Origin: Vicugna vicugna
Taxonomy: Eukaryota
DNA length: 64,000 nt
NCBI GenBank assembly: GCA_013265495.1
Contig: MU057724.1
Coordinates: forward strand, 496,001 to 560,000
Direction of reading: 5' to 3'
Part shown: in pieces, positions 50,501 to 62,554 of the stretch
Layout: each line of letters starts with the position of its first letter
Position numbering within the stretch: the first letter of the stretch is position 1
Made by a program: the position numbers and the translations under genes
Notes under the pieces: generated by a model
Seen by the model: the letters and a program-made list of their open reading frames with translations, nothing else
Database searches by the model: none
Told to the model about the DNA's origin: nothing

Positions 50501-52068
50501 CGGCCTGCTCCTGTGCCCCCTCCCTCTTCACAAGATCAGGGTTCTTGGGAGGCTGGGCCACTGCCAGTGGGGCGAGGGGCTCACCACGGAGGCAAGGGGA
50601 CGAGAAGCCGGGAGACAACCGTCTTACCCGCCAGCTTGGAGCCCTCGGAAGGCACCTTCGGACGGGAGCTGTGACCCCACCTCCTTGCATTCAGACCACA
50701 TGGATCTGGTCCTGCCGAGTGTCGGGGGAGGGTGGGCAGTGACGACCTCACAGCGAGAGAAGCAGGCATGGGTGGGGCCTTGCGGGGCCGCTGTCCAGCG
50801 GAGACAACTTACTGAACGTGCACAACCGGGCTGAGCGCGAAGGGGGTAAGGAGGACTGGAGGCTCTGCGGCCCGCGCGCCCGGTCCTGAGTGCCCGCCAC
50901 GTGTCGCAGCGGCCGCGTCGTGACCTCTCCAACACAGCTGGGTGGCCAGGGGCTCTGCGTGTGCTCAGTGGTGTGCCGACCCCGCTCAGAGCAACACACA
51001 CGCTACTGAGCTGCACAAGTCAAAGGAGGGCGCATGGACCGTCAGAGTGCAGAGTGGGGACCTGGATCCACCTGAGCGCGGGTGTAGGTGGTGGGGAGGA
51101 GTTAGGTAAAGGGGGAAGGGCATTTTAGGCAGATGGGAGGGATCAGGGTGAAGCTGTGGGGAGGGGTCTGGACTTTGTCCTGAGGAGAGTGGACAGCGTC
51201 TTGTGCGTGGAGCACGCGCACCGAGAGTCTCAGCACAGAGTCACTTAGATCCGGGCAAGAGCAGGGCTGTCAGGAAGGACCTGAGTCTGGCCTGCCTGGC
51301 TGGGGGCTGCCATTTCTAAGGTAGAAAACAGGGGACCAGAGAAAACGAGAGAGAGTGGAGGCCACGAGGTCCGCGTGGGAGGTGGAGTGGGGTGCACTCT
51401 GTTACCCAAGGAGGCAAGGAGGGTCTGGAGCTCAGAGGGGAGAGCGGGCCGGACACGTCACGTCCCGGCAGAGGCTGAAGCCTCGAGAAGGGACCTGTTA
51501 CTCAGGAGTGGGTGGAGGGCCAGGTGGGTCCTGCCGCCAGCAAAACATCCAGGCTCTGCTGGGACTTCACTCTGTGGGAGCTTGGCCATGGGGGTTCCCA
51601 CACGCCTGCATCAGCAGAGACGGGTGGCTGGACAAAGACCTCAGGGCCCACAAGGCCTGTGAGACTGACTGAGGGACCCTGGTCCGTGGAGGAGCGGGCC
51701 CCACCTTTCCTGTGTGGGTGGAGGGCATGAGTTCCCAGGGCCCGCGTCGGGGCAGAGATGGGCAGGGACCGTGGTCCAGAGGAGGGACCGGGCGCTGGAG
51801 AGCACCATGGCCTGGGGAGGTCAGAGGAGGACAGGACCAAGTGGTCCTCCGAGGAGCCCGGCCCGGGGCCCTGGGAGCTGCTGGGACCGGTTTCATGAGA
51901 ACAAGTGGGCTGACGGGGAGGTGGGGCCGGGGCCAGGGGACGCCTGCGGCACAGCCGATGGCAAGGAAATGCAGCAAACAGAAAACCAGATGTAGAGGAA
52001 CGTTTGCACGGCGCCTCTGTGACCCCCCGTAGCTCCCGAATGCTCAGTGAAGCCTTGTCTCTGCTGGG

Positions 52069-52100
<32 letters not shown>
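52069..52100. repeat. (GT)13(GC)3 microsatellite
   Basis: Direct reading; 32 bp of uninterrupted purine-pyrimidine alternation. Confidence 0.95.
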
Positions 52101-52101
<1 letters not shown>

Positions 52102-52489
52102 GACCAAGGAAAGGTGTGGCTCGTGAAATATGTGTGGACAGGAATTCAGAGCAGGCAGGACGTGGGGCAGAGATCACCTTGACAGGTAAGTTCCTTGAAG
52201 CTTTGTTTCACACAATTTGGGGAGATTCCTGGATGGTTTGTTCCTACAAGTCTCAGCACAAGGTAGAGTCTAATATTCTCCGGATCTTAGGGAGCTGGGA
52301 GCTGGGAGTCCCCGGCTAACATCTGGATGAGTGTACTCGGGGGCGTAAAATATATTCATTTTTATTGCCATCTCTCCCCACGAAGGTCTGGGCTGCCTGG
52401 TGATGGCGGTCTTGTCTGACGCGCTCCTGGCGGAACCTCCTTACAGTCAGGGCGGCACCTGGCACTCAGAACAGCGGGTAGAGATGGTC

Positions 52490-52550
52490 ATTACGTTCAT
52501 TTGTAGATAAAGAAACTCAGGTTTGGAGATCCAAGCACACAGAGTGTCCA
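52490..52550 (-). mobile_element. Possible MIR relic
   Basis: 'catttgtagataaagaaactcaggtttggaga' resembles 'cattttacagatgaggaaactgaggctcagaga'. Confidence 0.35.
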
Positions 52551-53354
52551 GAACTTTAATTTCTAGTTCGCATGTCATTTATGTGTCTTATTCCTGTTGC
52601 TGCGTGGCCTTGGCGTCTCCCTGGGCCACGGCTCCCGTCCACACTGCTGGCTCCCCGGGCGAGGCTGCGGTGGGAACCGAGAAGCCCAGGAGACCTGCCC
52701 CCTCTAGACCCCCCGCCTCTCCTTCCCTGACTCCACCCGCAGCCCTGACACACTCCGAGTGTGAGCCCAGGTGACAGTGACAGACTGAAATGTCACACCA
52801 GTGCGACCAAAATCCCCGATTCTTGCCCCAGCTGTGGTTTCTTATTAGAAAATTGCTTTTGATAGAGTTTTAAAAGTTGCAGGAGCTCCCGGTGTGACTG
52901 AAGGGCACGGGGGGGTTTGGCCTGCTGGGGTCAGCCCCAGTCAGGGCAGTTTCTGGGACCAGAGAGGGACCAGAAGGAAGGCACTCACCACATGGCGCTT
53001 AGCGTGTGAGCCAGGGCCACTCCCCGCGTCCGAGGAGATTGCTAAGACCCTTCAGGGCTCCATCCTTCAGATGCCGAAGTCTAAATTCTCATGGGCTTGC
53101 AGGCTCGGCCCTCCAGCCGTGCTCCCCCGAGCATCCTCCTCCCGGAGCTCTCCTGCACCCACACCACCCCCACCGACCTGCAAACCCGACATTGCTCGGG
53201 ACCGGCCAGCACCCTCGGGCCAGGTCAGGGGTGGGGCGGCTGTCCCCAGGTGGATGCTTGAGTGTGGGGCCTGAAGGTGCGGCATTTGGGGCTAGTGTTG
53301 GCGCCACCCTGCTGACGCGTGGGAACACGGACTGCATGACGCGTGGGGCTTGGT

Positions 53355-54127
53355 TAAAAACCAGGAACCACGATGAGATACGCCACGTTGTCCTCACACG
53401 TGAGTCAGGAATACATGTGCATGAAAACACAAAAGCTCCTTGCAAGAGTATGTTCAAATAAGACGCACCTTAAGGACACTGTCACTAAGGGAGAGGGCCG
53501 GGAGTGGTTACGCACAGGGCCGCGCAGCACAGGGATCGGACCCCCGCGCGTTGTCGGTGAGACTGTACAGTGATGCAGCTGCTCTGGAAAACAACGTCCA
53601 GGCTCCTCCGAAAGTTACAGTTGGAACCACCGTTTCTGTGGCTCCAGCTGCCCCACTCTGGGCATTTACCCCAAAGGACTGAGAGCAGGGTCTTGGGGAG
53701 ATACCTGCACACCCACGTCCGCAGCAGCAGTGTTCCCTGGAGCCAGCACACAGCGCAGCCCGCCCCTGCTGAGGAATGGAGGGATGAGGAGGCGTGGTCA
53801 ACACGGCCCGCGGGATATTACGCAGCCTCGAGAGGAAGGGAGCTCTGACATGTGTCACAGCAGGGCAGAACCTCGGGGACATGACTTGAAGTGAGATTCC
53901 ACTTACGAGAGGTCCCTGGAGTCATCGAAACACAGAGCTGGGGGGGGTGGTGCTGGGGAGGGAGTGTTTAGTGGGGAAGAGCTTCTGCTTTGCAGGAGGA
54001 AGAGTATGGGGTAGATGGTGGTGCTGGTGGTGGCACCACGCGAGCGTACTTAGCGTCACCGGGCTGCACGCCTGACCTGTTAAAATGGCAAATTTCGTTG
54101 TCTGTATGTCACCACTGTAAAAAATTC
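53355..54127 (+). mobile_element. LINE-1 (L1MA/MB-like) 3' fragment, strongly GC-shifted
   Basis: Landmarks in L1 order: 'aaccacgatgagatacgccac', 'ctgctctggaaaaca', 'ccactctgggcatttaccccaaagg', 'gattccacttacgagagg' and 'ttaaaatggcaaatttcgttgtctgtatgtcaccactgtaaaaaatt'. Confidence 0.8.
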
Positions 54128-56579
54128 GAACAGAAAAGTCTGCCCCTGACGTGCTTTACTGTTCTGGTGCCTGGAGTGTGGTCCCCTCCACCCCCCAGAC
54201 CAGGCCCCAGAAGCCTGGCAGCCCCTGTGCCTGCGGCCCGCCCGTTCCTCCTGGCCTCTGGCTTCCTTCCGGCGGAGTGTGGACGCTGCTCTCCCCAGCC
54301 GGCCTGGGCCACACGCTCGGGCAGACCGCTCCCTCCGCTCCCTGCGTGTGTGGACACCCCATCCCCTGCACTTCCCCGGGGACCCCGTTGGCACCTCCAA
54401 GCAGGACTGCTAGTGGCCGTCGGTAAGCATCCACTCTCAAAGGAGCGTTTTACTTCCTGAGGAATTTCGAGGAAGCTCAAACATTCAGCTGCTTCGGGTG
54501 GTGATAATCTCACTTTTGGATAAATTCTCAGGGGGAGACAATCATTTTGGCTGTTTCTTTTCAACTTGGAATTTCCTTTGAAAACCTGCCTCTTTCGCTG
54601 GCCCGCTCCTCTGCGTGGGCAGAAGCACTTTCCATCCGTCGTGCTCTGGGCTGTTTCCCACTGGGACGGGGTGATTTATACAGAGCAGCCCACGGCCTAG
54701 GCCTCTGTGTCCTCCTCCACGGAAGTCTCCAGGAGAGGAGGCTGCTCCCCCAGCGAGCCGCGTGCGCACAGTGTATCCGCCCTCCCCACCCCCTCAACCA
54801 CACGTGCTGACTTCCTGCCCGCCTGGGCCTCAGATCGGGACCCAGCCCCATGGAGGGGCTGTCCTGGGAAGGGAGAAGAGGAGAGTTAAAAGGAGCCAAG
54901 ATTTGAATCAACAAGAGCCCTGTCCCTCGTCACTGCCTCCCACCTGCGTGTGCCCGGCGGGTGGGGGAGAGGTGGGGCCTGGGGACCCGGGCCTGCGCCC
55001 TCCTTCCCTGAGACCCTGTGCCGCGTCCGAGAGGCAAGGACAGACGCGGCCCCTCTGCTTGCCATCCTCACGTCACCGGTGGCTGGGGCTCCCGAACCCG
55101 GCCGCAGCTTCTGTCCGAGGACCTGGGGTCTGCCCTGGGGTGGGACCAGCAGGCCTAGGCAGGCCCCTCCCTGCTGTCCTGGTTTCCTAGGCCAAACCCA
55201 GCAGTGAGGGGCCCCGATGGCTGCGGAAGTTCTCGGCCTTGGCTGATCTGTGTCCTTTTCTGAGCACACAGTAACCAGGATCTCCAGGCCTGGCAGTTTC
55301 TGAAAGAAGACTTTCTTTCCACTTTGGCAGCTCGTCTCCATAAAGACACTGCGCTCTTTTTATTGGATGGGAAATAATTTCACAAATAACACGTCGACTT
55401 CAGCAACGAGGCCCCGCCGGGTCCCCTACCAGCCACCTCTCACCAGCAGAATTTCGTTCTTATCTGTCTTCCCTTGGCCTCGGTGTTAATTGTCACAAGG
55501 TCAAAGGATAAACTCTCTGGGGGATCCCGGCCTTGTAGGGATTTGACTGAAAATCGGAAACAAATTGCAGTGAAGTGAAAACATGGGCCGGAGTGCAAGG
55601 GCCGGCGTCAGCGGGCGCCATCTGTGCTGCGGGGTGGCTGGCGCCTGAGCCGCTTGGCTTGGCAGCCTGGCCTGTCCTCAGGCTCTGTTTTCCTTGGGGG
55701 GTGGGAGCCTGGGGCGAGTAGGGGGAGCTGCCCTTTGCCTGGTGATTTATACGTGGTTGGAGGAGCCCTGTTCCGCTTTCTTGTGGCTGGAATATCTGTG
55801 ACATGCTGTTTCAATCCCAGGCCATCAGCTGGGCCCTCTGTGGAATGTCCCCGGAGATGGGACGACCTCCCAGTCAGGTCATTTGTTCCGCAGAATTCTA
55901 AGGCGCCTTCTCTAACATCTGCGTCCTATTAATACCGTCAGAATATTTCCATGGGCTTTGGGAACTCAGGAGGTGCTTGGAGGGAGGCTTAGCCCCAAAC
56001 CTGGAGGATTTTGGACTCTTTTCCTTTGTGGTTCTTTTGTTTTGTGGGAGCATCGCCCCCCTCCTGTCCCTTTAACTTCACCATCGCGCAGGTGCATGGA
56101 TAGTCATGTTCACCAGGGAAGGAAGGGCGCAGGAAGCCCTGAGGTGGAGGGGGTTTGTAGACACACAGGGAAGAGGGCGCAGGCAGAGCCAGCACAGACT
56201 TTCTGGCCACATTTGCTGGAAGCAGGTGGGAGAAGGGCCACCCTGCACGGGCCCATGGAGCACTGGGCTTCCAAGTCCCCATGATGGCCTTCTGGGGCCT
56301 TGGACAGGCCTGTGCTCAAGGGGTTGGGAGGCATGGCGGGAGAGAGGGAAGGAGAGGGGCAGGAGAGGCTTGAAGAGAGGGTGCAGTGAAGGGGTGGAAG
56401 TCAGGCGCGCTGCTTAAAGAGAAGACTGTTTGTAATGTCTGGTCAAATAAAAATGAACTTGCATCGTGAAAAGTGGAAAGTGCAGTGTCTGGGGCGGGGT
56501 CTGCACGGAGACCCCAGAGCCTGTCGGGGTGCAGGATCCTGGGTGGGAAGGTGGGGGAGAAAGCGCGAACCTGTGAATC

Positions 56580-57460
56580 CAGTGAAGTGAATCAATCCGC
56601 GGAGCCTCTCGCGGATGGCCGCCACGCAGGCACGAGCCGGCGTGGTCCACCCGCTGGACCCGGGTCCAGGAGGCTCCGGGGAGGTGTCCGCCCAGCGCAG
56701 GCTGGGGCCGGGGGCGCACAGGTCTGCCGGGCGCACAGGCTCCCTGCCCCAGCCAAGGGCGCCAGAAAACCCCTACGTACTTCTCCTACAGGGATAAAAA
56801 AATAAGTCTCCCCCGAGACACTGAAACAGTTCCCCCGACAGGTGCTTCCTCGCCTGAGGGTCTAACCCGCAGGTGAGGTGGGAGAAGTCTAGTCGGTGAA
56901 ACTGGGGAGCAGTTTTCCTGGAGGGTCAGGGGAGCGCCGGCTTCTTGGTGGGTGGCTGTGGGGGCTCCCCCCACCCTAGCCTGGGCCCAAACACAGCAGG
57001 AGCGGCTCGGGTACCGAGGGCGGCCCCTCCCGGGTCACAGACCAGCGCCCTCCGCCAGCATCTGTCCTGCGGGCGCCCCGCGAGCAGAAGCTTAAAAAAC
57101 GCCATCATGTTTGTGCATGTGTGTGCGCGCGCACGTGCGCAGGCGTTTGTTGGATCTGTACCTTCTTTCCTTCTATCAAAACTATGCAAAATTGCTTGGA
57201 AAACACATAGACCCGCCGACGGCCCGGACCTGGATACTTGCTCGGGAAATTCCCGAGTTCACGCGTTGGCCTGGAGGAGGGGGCGGTCCCCACGGCGCCG
57301 TTATTTTCTGTCTTCCGTGCAGGATGTCCTCCCACGCGCTCGCGCCGGTCGGCTCTCTGCGCTGCACGCCCCTCGGGGCGGAGGACGCTCCGGGCACGGT
57401 GGGCGCGGCGCTGGCACCGCGCACCACCTTCCTCCCGACGGGATGTGGGCGGTTCCCCTC
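56580..57460. other. CpG-rich segment (weak island) containing the alternating tract tgtgcatgtgtgtgcgcgcgcacgtgcgca
   Basis: Elevated CpG by eye. No recognisable coding frame. Confidence 0.35.
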
Positions 57461-57774
57461 ATCTGCTGCTCGAGCCTTGAGCTGGAGATTGTATGAATTT
57501 TACGACTATACTTAGAGACACTGAGATTCCTCTTAGATTTGCAAACTGGACAAATTCTGAGCAGGATTCCTGCAAAGCTGATTGGCACAGAGGCCACTCT
57601 GCTGGGACGGAGATGCCCCATTTCTTCCACATGTGGTGGCTGCCCTGTCATCCTGCCTGGAGAACCTGAGTCTGGGGTCCTGGCTGAGGAGCTCCCTGTC
57701 CTGAAATCCTGATGTGCCCTCCAGTTAGCAGCTTAGGGGCAAGTGGACACTACCAGGAGCTTCTAGGGCCAGCT

Positions 57775-57915
57775 GACTCTCACAACACGGTGGTGTGAGG
57801 TGAGCTGTGCCCATTTCACCGACCAGGAAACCGAGGCCCAAAAAGTTTAGGATGGCATCTCGAAGGTCACCTGGGGGCAGGTACAGTTGGGACTCAAAGT
57901 GAGACCTCCCAGACC
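57775..57915 (-). mobile_element. MIR relic
   Basis: 'ctctcacaac...gtgaggtgag...cccatttcaccgaccaggaaaccgaggcccaaaaagtttagg...cgaaggtcac' follows the antisense MIR core. Confidence 0.55.
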
Positions 57916-58494
57916 ACAATGTTCTGCTCTCTCTGCCGTGCACAGTGGTTTCACGGGGTGTCTGTAGTTCTCCAGAGCTCTGGCTGGGGATGAGGCACAC
58001 TCGGGAATTCTGACTTTTTGTGTGATTTTGAGAGAAGCGGGCTGTTTTCCGTGTCAGCTCATTCTTGTTGTGTGATTTCTCTTGGTCCCCCGGGCTCTGG
58101 GTCTCACAGATGCTGTCCTGGCGCGTGGCTCATCCCGGGCCAGCACGTGCTGGGCGTCAGGCAGGGCTGCTGAGGGAGCTGCAGCCTCCGTCCGTGGTAG
58201 TCCTGCACAGGCAGAACCAGCCCAGAAGCCCCTCTGCTCCCGACCGGAGTGTGAGCGGGCAGGTTTGGCCAGGTCCCTCGTTAGGTGGGTGGACTGGTCA
58301 CCAAGTAAGTGAACCACTTTACCAGTTTAAGGCCCAGGGTGTGTGCGTCCCATCGGTCTTTGAAATACCGCTTTTCACCGTCTCTGACAAGCGCAGTGGA
58401 TACTTTTATCTTGGCCACATCTGTGTGCTTTCAGCTTTCTGTTTATGTCAAATAGTCACACTTGCTGGCAGCTCTGTTCAGCCCCAGATGGGCC

Positions 58495-58514
58495 GGGGGC
58501 GGGGGCGGGGTGGG
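58495..58514 (+). other. G-quadruplex motif / tandem GC boxes
   Basis: GGGGG-C-GGGGG-C-GGGG-T-GGG. Confidence 0.6.
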
Positions 58515-61309
58515 ACGTGCTTGTGGACTTTCCTGCACTTGAGGCAAGTCTCTCAAGTGCCTCCCGCCTGCCTCCTGCCCCTCCTGGGAGGGCTGAGCAC
58601 CGCTGGGAGCCGCTGCACCGTCCTGCAGGAACCTACTGACCGCCCTCATTTCCAGTATGCACCTTGTGAAGTCAAGCCGCATTTCAGCAGCTCCCTTTTA
58701 CTCACAATTCTAGGAAAAGTTCCCTTTGAATGTCTTCCTGCCAGAGGACGGGCTGGCCCTGCTCCTGTGTGCTGGGCGGGCGACCTCTTCACCAGCTCCT
58801 GCCGAGGGGGCCTGGGAGCTGAACCGTCCGGAGGACGGGGCCGTGCCCGCCCCACGGGAGGTCACACTGACTCATCTCTGCCTCTGTGTCCAGCCCATCA
58901 CACCTCCAGATGCGCCCAGGAAGCAGCCCCTCCGCCCTCCCCTGCCTGGTGTCCCCTCCTCCGTGTCCCCCTGGTCTGCTATCCACGGGGTGAAGCAGGC
59001 TGTCAGGTCACATGAAGCTGACGGCTCCCAGGGCCTGCTGTCTCTTCCAGAGCCAGGTGACCTCAGAGATGTCTGGCCACTTTGACCTCACCTCTCACCC
59101 CCTTTCCTCCTGTGCCGACCACCCCTCTTGTAGTTCTTGCCTCAGTGTCCCCTGCATTCCCTCCCCTCACCGGAAAGTTTCTTCCAGTCAGCTGCCTTCT
59201 TGCTGGTGTCTGCTTCTGTGATGGCATCAGAGAAGCCCCTGGGGCCACTTGCAGTGAAGTAGTGGCCCGGCTCTGGCAGCTGTGCACTTGCTTTGCTGGA
59301 CAGTGGCTTTGCCTTCTGGTCCCCTGACCTGCTCGTGAGTCCCCGACCTCGAGCCTGGGGTACCACTGGAGCCCTGGGACACAGGGCAGCGCTTGCCTGG
59401 AATAAACGCTCTCTCAACGTTAGCTCGAGGGTGGTGGCTGAGCTACAGAGGGTGGCCAGAGACAGCCCAACGGTCCTCACTCCTGGGGAGGGCAGGAGTT
59501 GGCCCAGGAGCTGGGGGCAGAGGGCAGTGTGCTCTGAGGGGCTGAGGCCAGGGCTACACCTTAAAAGCAGGACGCTCCAGTGCAGGGCCTCCCGGCTTGA
59601 CCCCACACGACAGGACTTTGGTCTCCCTCTGGATTTGTCTTTGGTTTTTGTCTGGATGGACACTGACTAAAGAAAGGACAGACTCTCACCGGAAGCTGAC
59701 CATCAACAGTCCACACTCCGTGGAGCTAGCGGGCAGGAGCGGGGGGGCCACCGCCACCTGAGGATTCCACAAGTCCCACTGACGGCGTCAGCCAAGCCAA
59801 AGCATGGGGTTGGACAGGTCAGCCTTCTGACGGTTGCAGGGAGCGGGCGACCCTGGTTTACGTCCAGGTCTGTGTTGGGCCCCCCGGTTACCTTCTATTG
59901 GAAAGGCCAGTGGTGACGCTTAGGGCCCAGAGGACTGAGGGACAGGCATTACTGTTGGGGGAGAGGGGCTGCGGGGCAGCCGCGAGTCTCACCAGCACCA
60001 GGGCTGGGGCCCTGCTGGCCCTCGGGCTGCCAGCACCGGGAAGCCCATCCCCTTGGAGGGGAGGGGAGCGGCGGTGTCCGCAGAGACGTCTCCTGACCAG
60101 GTGACCCGGCCTCTTCCCCGGCTCCTGGGGGAGGGCCCAGCTGCTCCACCGAGACACCACTTTCTCGTCTCAGGCAGCTAGAAAATCACCAACATTAGAG
60201 AGTCTGAGAAAATGCTGTTCTAGAACTTCCCTGTTCTGCTCAGGGCTCCTGCTTTCCCTCCGGGTTAGGGAAGAGCAGGCTGGGTCTCCCGTCCTGATGC
60301 ATTGTTGCAGGCCTGCTGGGCCCGCTCTCTTGAGAGCAGGAATAGACAACGGTACGTCCACAGCGAGGCGGGATGGCCTCCCGTGTGCTGGGACAGCTCT
60401 GCCGTTTCTTCTGTGACGCCCCCTTCCTGGTGTCGGCTCCAGCTTGGCGGGACAAGGCTGCCCAAGGCTGGAGGGCGCCCGTCTAGGGACAGCAGGGAGC
60501 ACTGCCCCAGCACTGGTGCAGCCTGGGTATGGCCTGGGGAAGGGGGCCCCGGGCCCGGCGCAGCGTCGGGGGTGGGGATGGGTCTGGGCCGCCGGCCTCT
60601 CCTGGGCAGGCCCTGCCTGAAGCCAGCCAGCTCCCGGTGAAGGGCCCGGAGCAGTGGCCCCGGTGCCAGCGGCCCGGGCACGGCCTGTGTCTCCGGCTGG
60701 TCCTCGGCCATCACTGCTCCTGCAGCTCCAGGGTGTTGAGCCCCAAGTGCTTTGCACCCTGTTCTCATCCGTCTCTGCTTTTTCTCCACTTACCCCAGCT
60801 GCGTCGCTGGTAGGGGGGGCCCTGGTCCCAGAGAGCCCCACGATGTGAGCAGCTCCGCTGCCCCTGCACGTGCCCGGGCCGGACAAGGGGCCAGCTGGGG
60901 GCTCCCTCCTGGGCCCCCTGGGACTGAGAGCCGGATCCTTAGTTCAGCAGGGAAATACTGAGTTTCCCGTGACGAGGAACATAGGAAAGGGCCATTCGAG
61001 GCTCCTCTCTCAGCTCCTTACCTTTCTTTTCCTCCCACCTTTCCAGAACAGCTGAAACTGGAAATAGCTGAAGGCCCACACTTAAGTCCCCGCCTTGTGC
61101 TCACGTCCCTTTCCCCCACCCTCTTCTGGCGGGGGGACACTTGGGCTGTGGTGTCAGCGGATGTGGATTTGGGCCTGACGGGATCCTCGTATGGCTTTGG
61201 GTAGCCTGCCCACCCCTCCAAGCCTCATTTCCTCATGAATCACCCGCAGTGACGCCAGTGGTCGCCTCCCCGAGTGCCCCCGCCGTGGCCAAGTTACATC
61301 GTTCCAATA

Positions 61310-61365
61310 AAATGTTTCGTGCTGTCCTGGCACACGGTAAACATTCAATAATAGTTGGCTCTGGC
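61310..61365 (+). mobile_element. Possible MIR/L2 3' end relic
   Basis: 'cctggcacacggtaaacattcaataatagttggct' resembles 'cctggcacatagtaagcgctcaataaatgttagct'. Confidence 0.4.
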
Positions 61366-61917
61366 CTATTTGGGGCACTTGCACCTAAATCCATTTTGAA
61401 AAATCTGAGAAACGGGAACCAAGTTTCGAGGTATAAAGAAAAATCATAGTTAGAATTTATGTATTACTCCTCTTGGAGGAAAAATGGAGAAGCTGGCAAA
61501 TAGAAGGCCGATTTTCCAGAATCATAAAGAATAAACTCTTCTAGGAAAGTGACTTGTTTTGGATGGTGGAGATTTTAACTTGTTATATAGCAGCTTTAAA
61601 ATTTGAACCCTTTTGGTGACAATCTTTTTGAAATATACTCTCCAATTTCCTGCCTTCTTATGCAAAGTTTCCAGGACATAATCCATCAGTTTCCTTCTGT
61701 GCAGGGTTGTCACTGTCTCCATCAATTGCGCAGCACCGTTTTGGATGCTGGTGGTGTGGAGGGCGGGGCTTGCTGGACTCCCCCATCTTCCCTGTTTTTC
61801 CATGAGGTGAGCACCTCCCACCTGCTCTGAGCTGCGGGGGCTCGAGCCTGGGCCTCCAGCTCCACTCTCGCTCCCCTTTTGGACAAGGCAGACTTGCCAG
61901 GCTTCTCCCGGTGCTGT

Positions 61918-61918
<1 letters not shown>

Positions 61919-61974
<56 letters not shown>
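61919..61974. repeat. Perfect (AC)28 microsatellite
   Basis: Direct count. Confidence 0.98.
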
Positions 61975-61976
<2 letters not shown>

Positions 61977-62554
61977 TGGGCAGGGCGGGGGAGGGTTTGC
62001 AGACGCAGGAAGTCTACTGATATCCTCTGCGGGGACTGCTGACACTTGGAAGATGCTAGAATGCAGGTCTCAGTACAAGTGAGGGTTTACTGTTCTCTTT
62101 TACATTCTTTTTAACCTTACACTTTCCAACTATACTTTTCAATCTTTCTTCACAAACACTTGGGAAGGACTAAACCTTCACTCAGTGATCTGTGTTCTTA
62201 ACGGATTTTAGGGTCTTTGCTGGAGGGAGGGGGTGGTTTGTCCTTAGCAAGTGCACCTGGGAGTGAAGGGTAAGTTCAGACTCGCAGACTGACTTCTGCA
62301 CCGACGCCTCGGTTGTCAGTGGCGGGAGTTCTGCGGGTCAGAGGAGCGCTGACTTTGACTGCACTACCTGAAATTTGACTGAGGGCAGCAGGCGTGGGAG
62401 GTCCAGGTGCCTCCCCAACGTACACACGGAAGGGTAGAGCCAGGGTGGACAGGATTTGCCCCTGCCTTGCCCAGGCCTCTCTCTGCTCCCACGTCGCTCA
62501 AACTCGGGAATGTGCAGAAAAAGTCATAAGGACAGCCTCCGCACTTTGCACTTA

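Noticed and set aside
14221-57950. Scattered CACAGTG heptamers as V(D)J recombination signals
   Set aside because: In those I inspected there is no ACAAAAACC-like nonamer at 12 or 23 bp, and I saw no Ig/TCR segments.
61522-61730. Helical-looking minus peptide METVTTLHRRKLMDYVLETLHKKAGNWRVYFKKIVTKRVQILKLLYNKLKS
   Set aside because: No family recognised and no splice or start context. The ORF is extended upstream only by the microsatellite.
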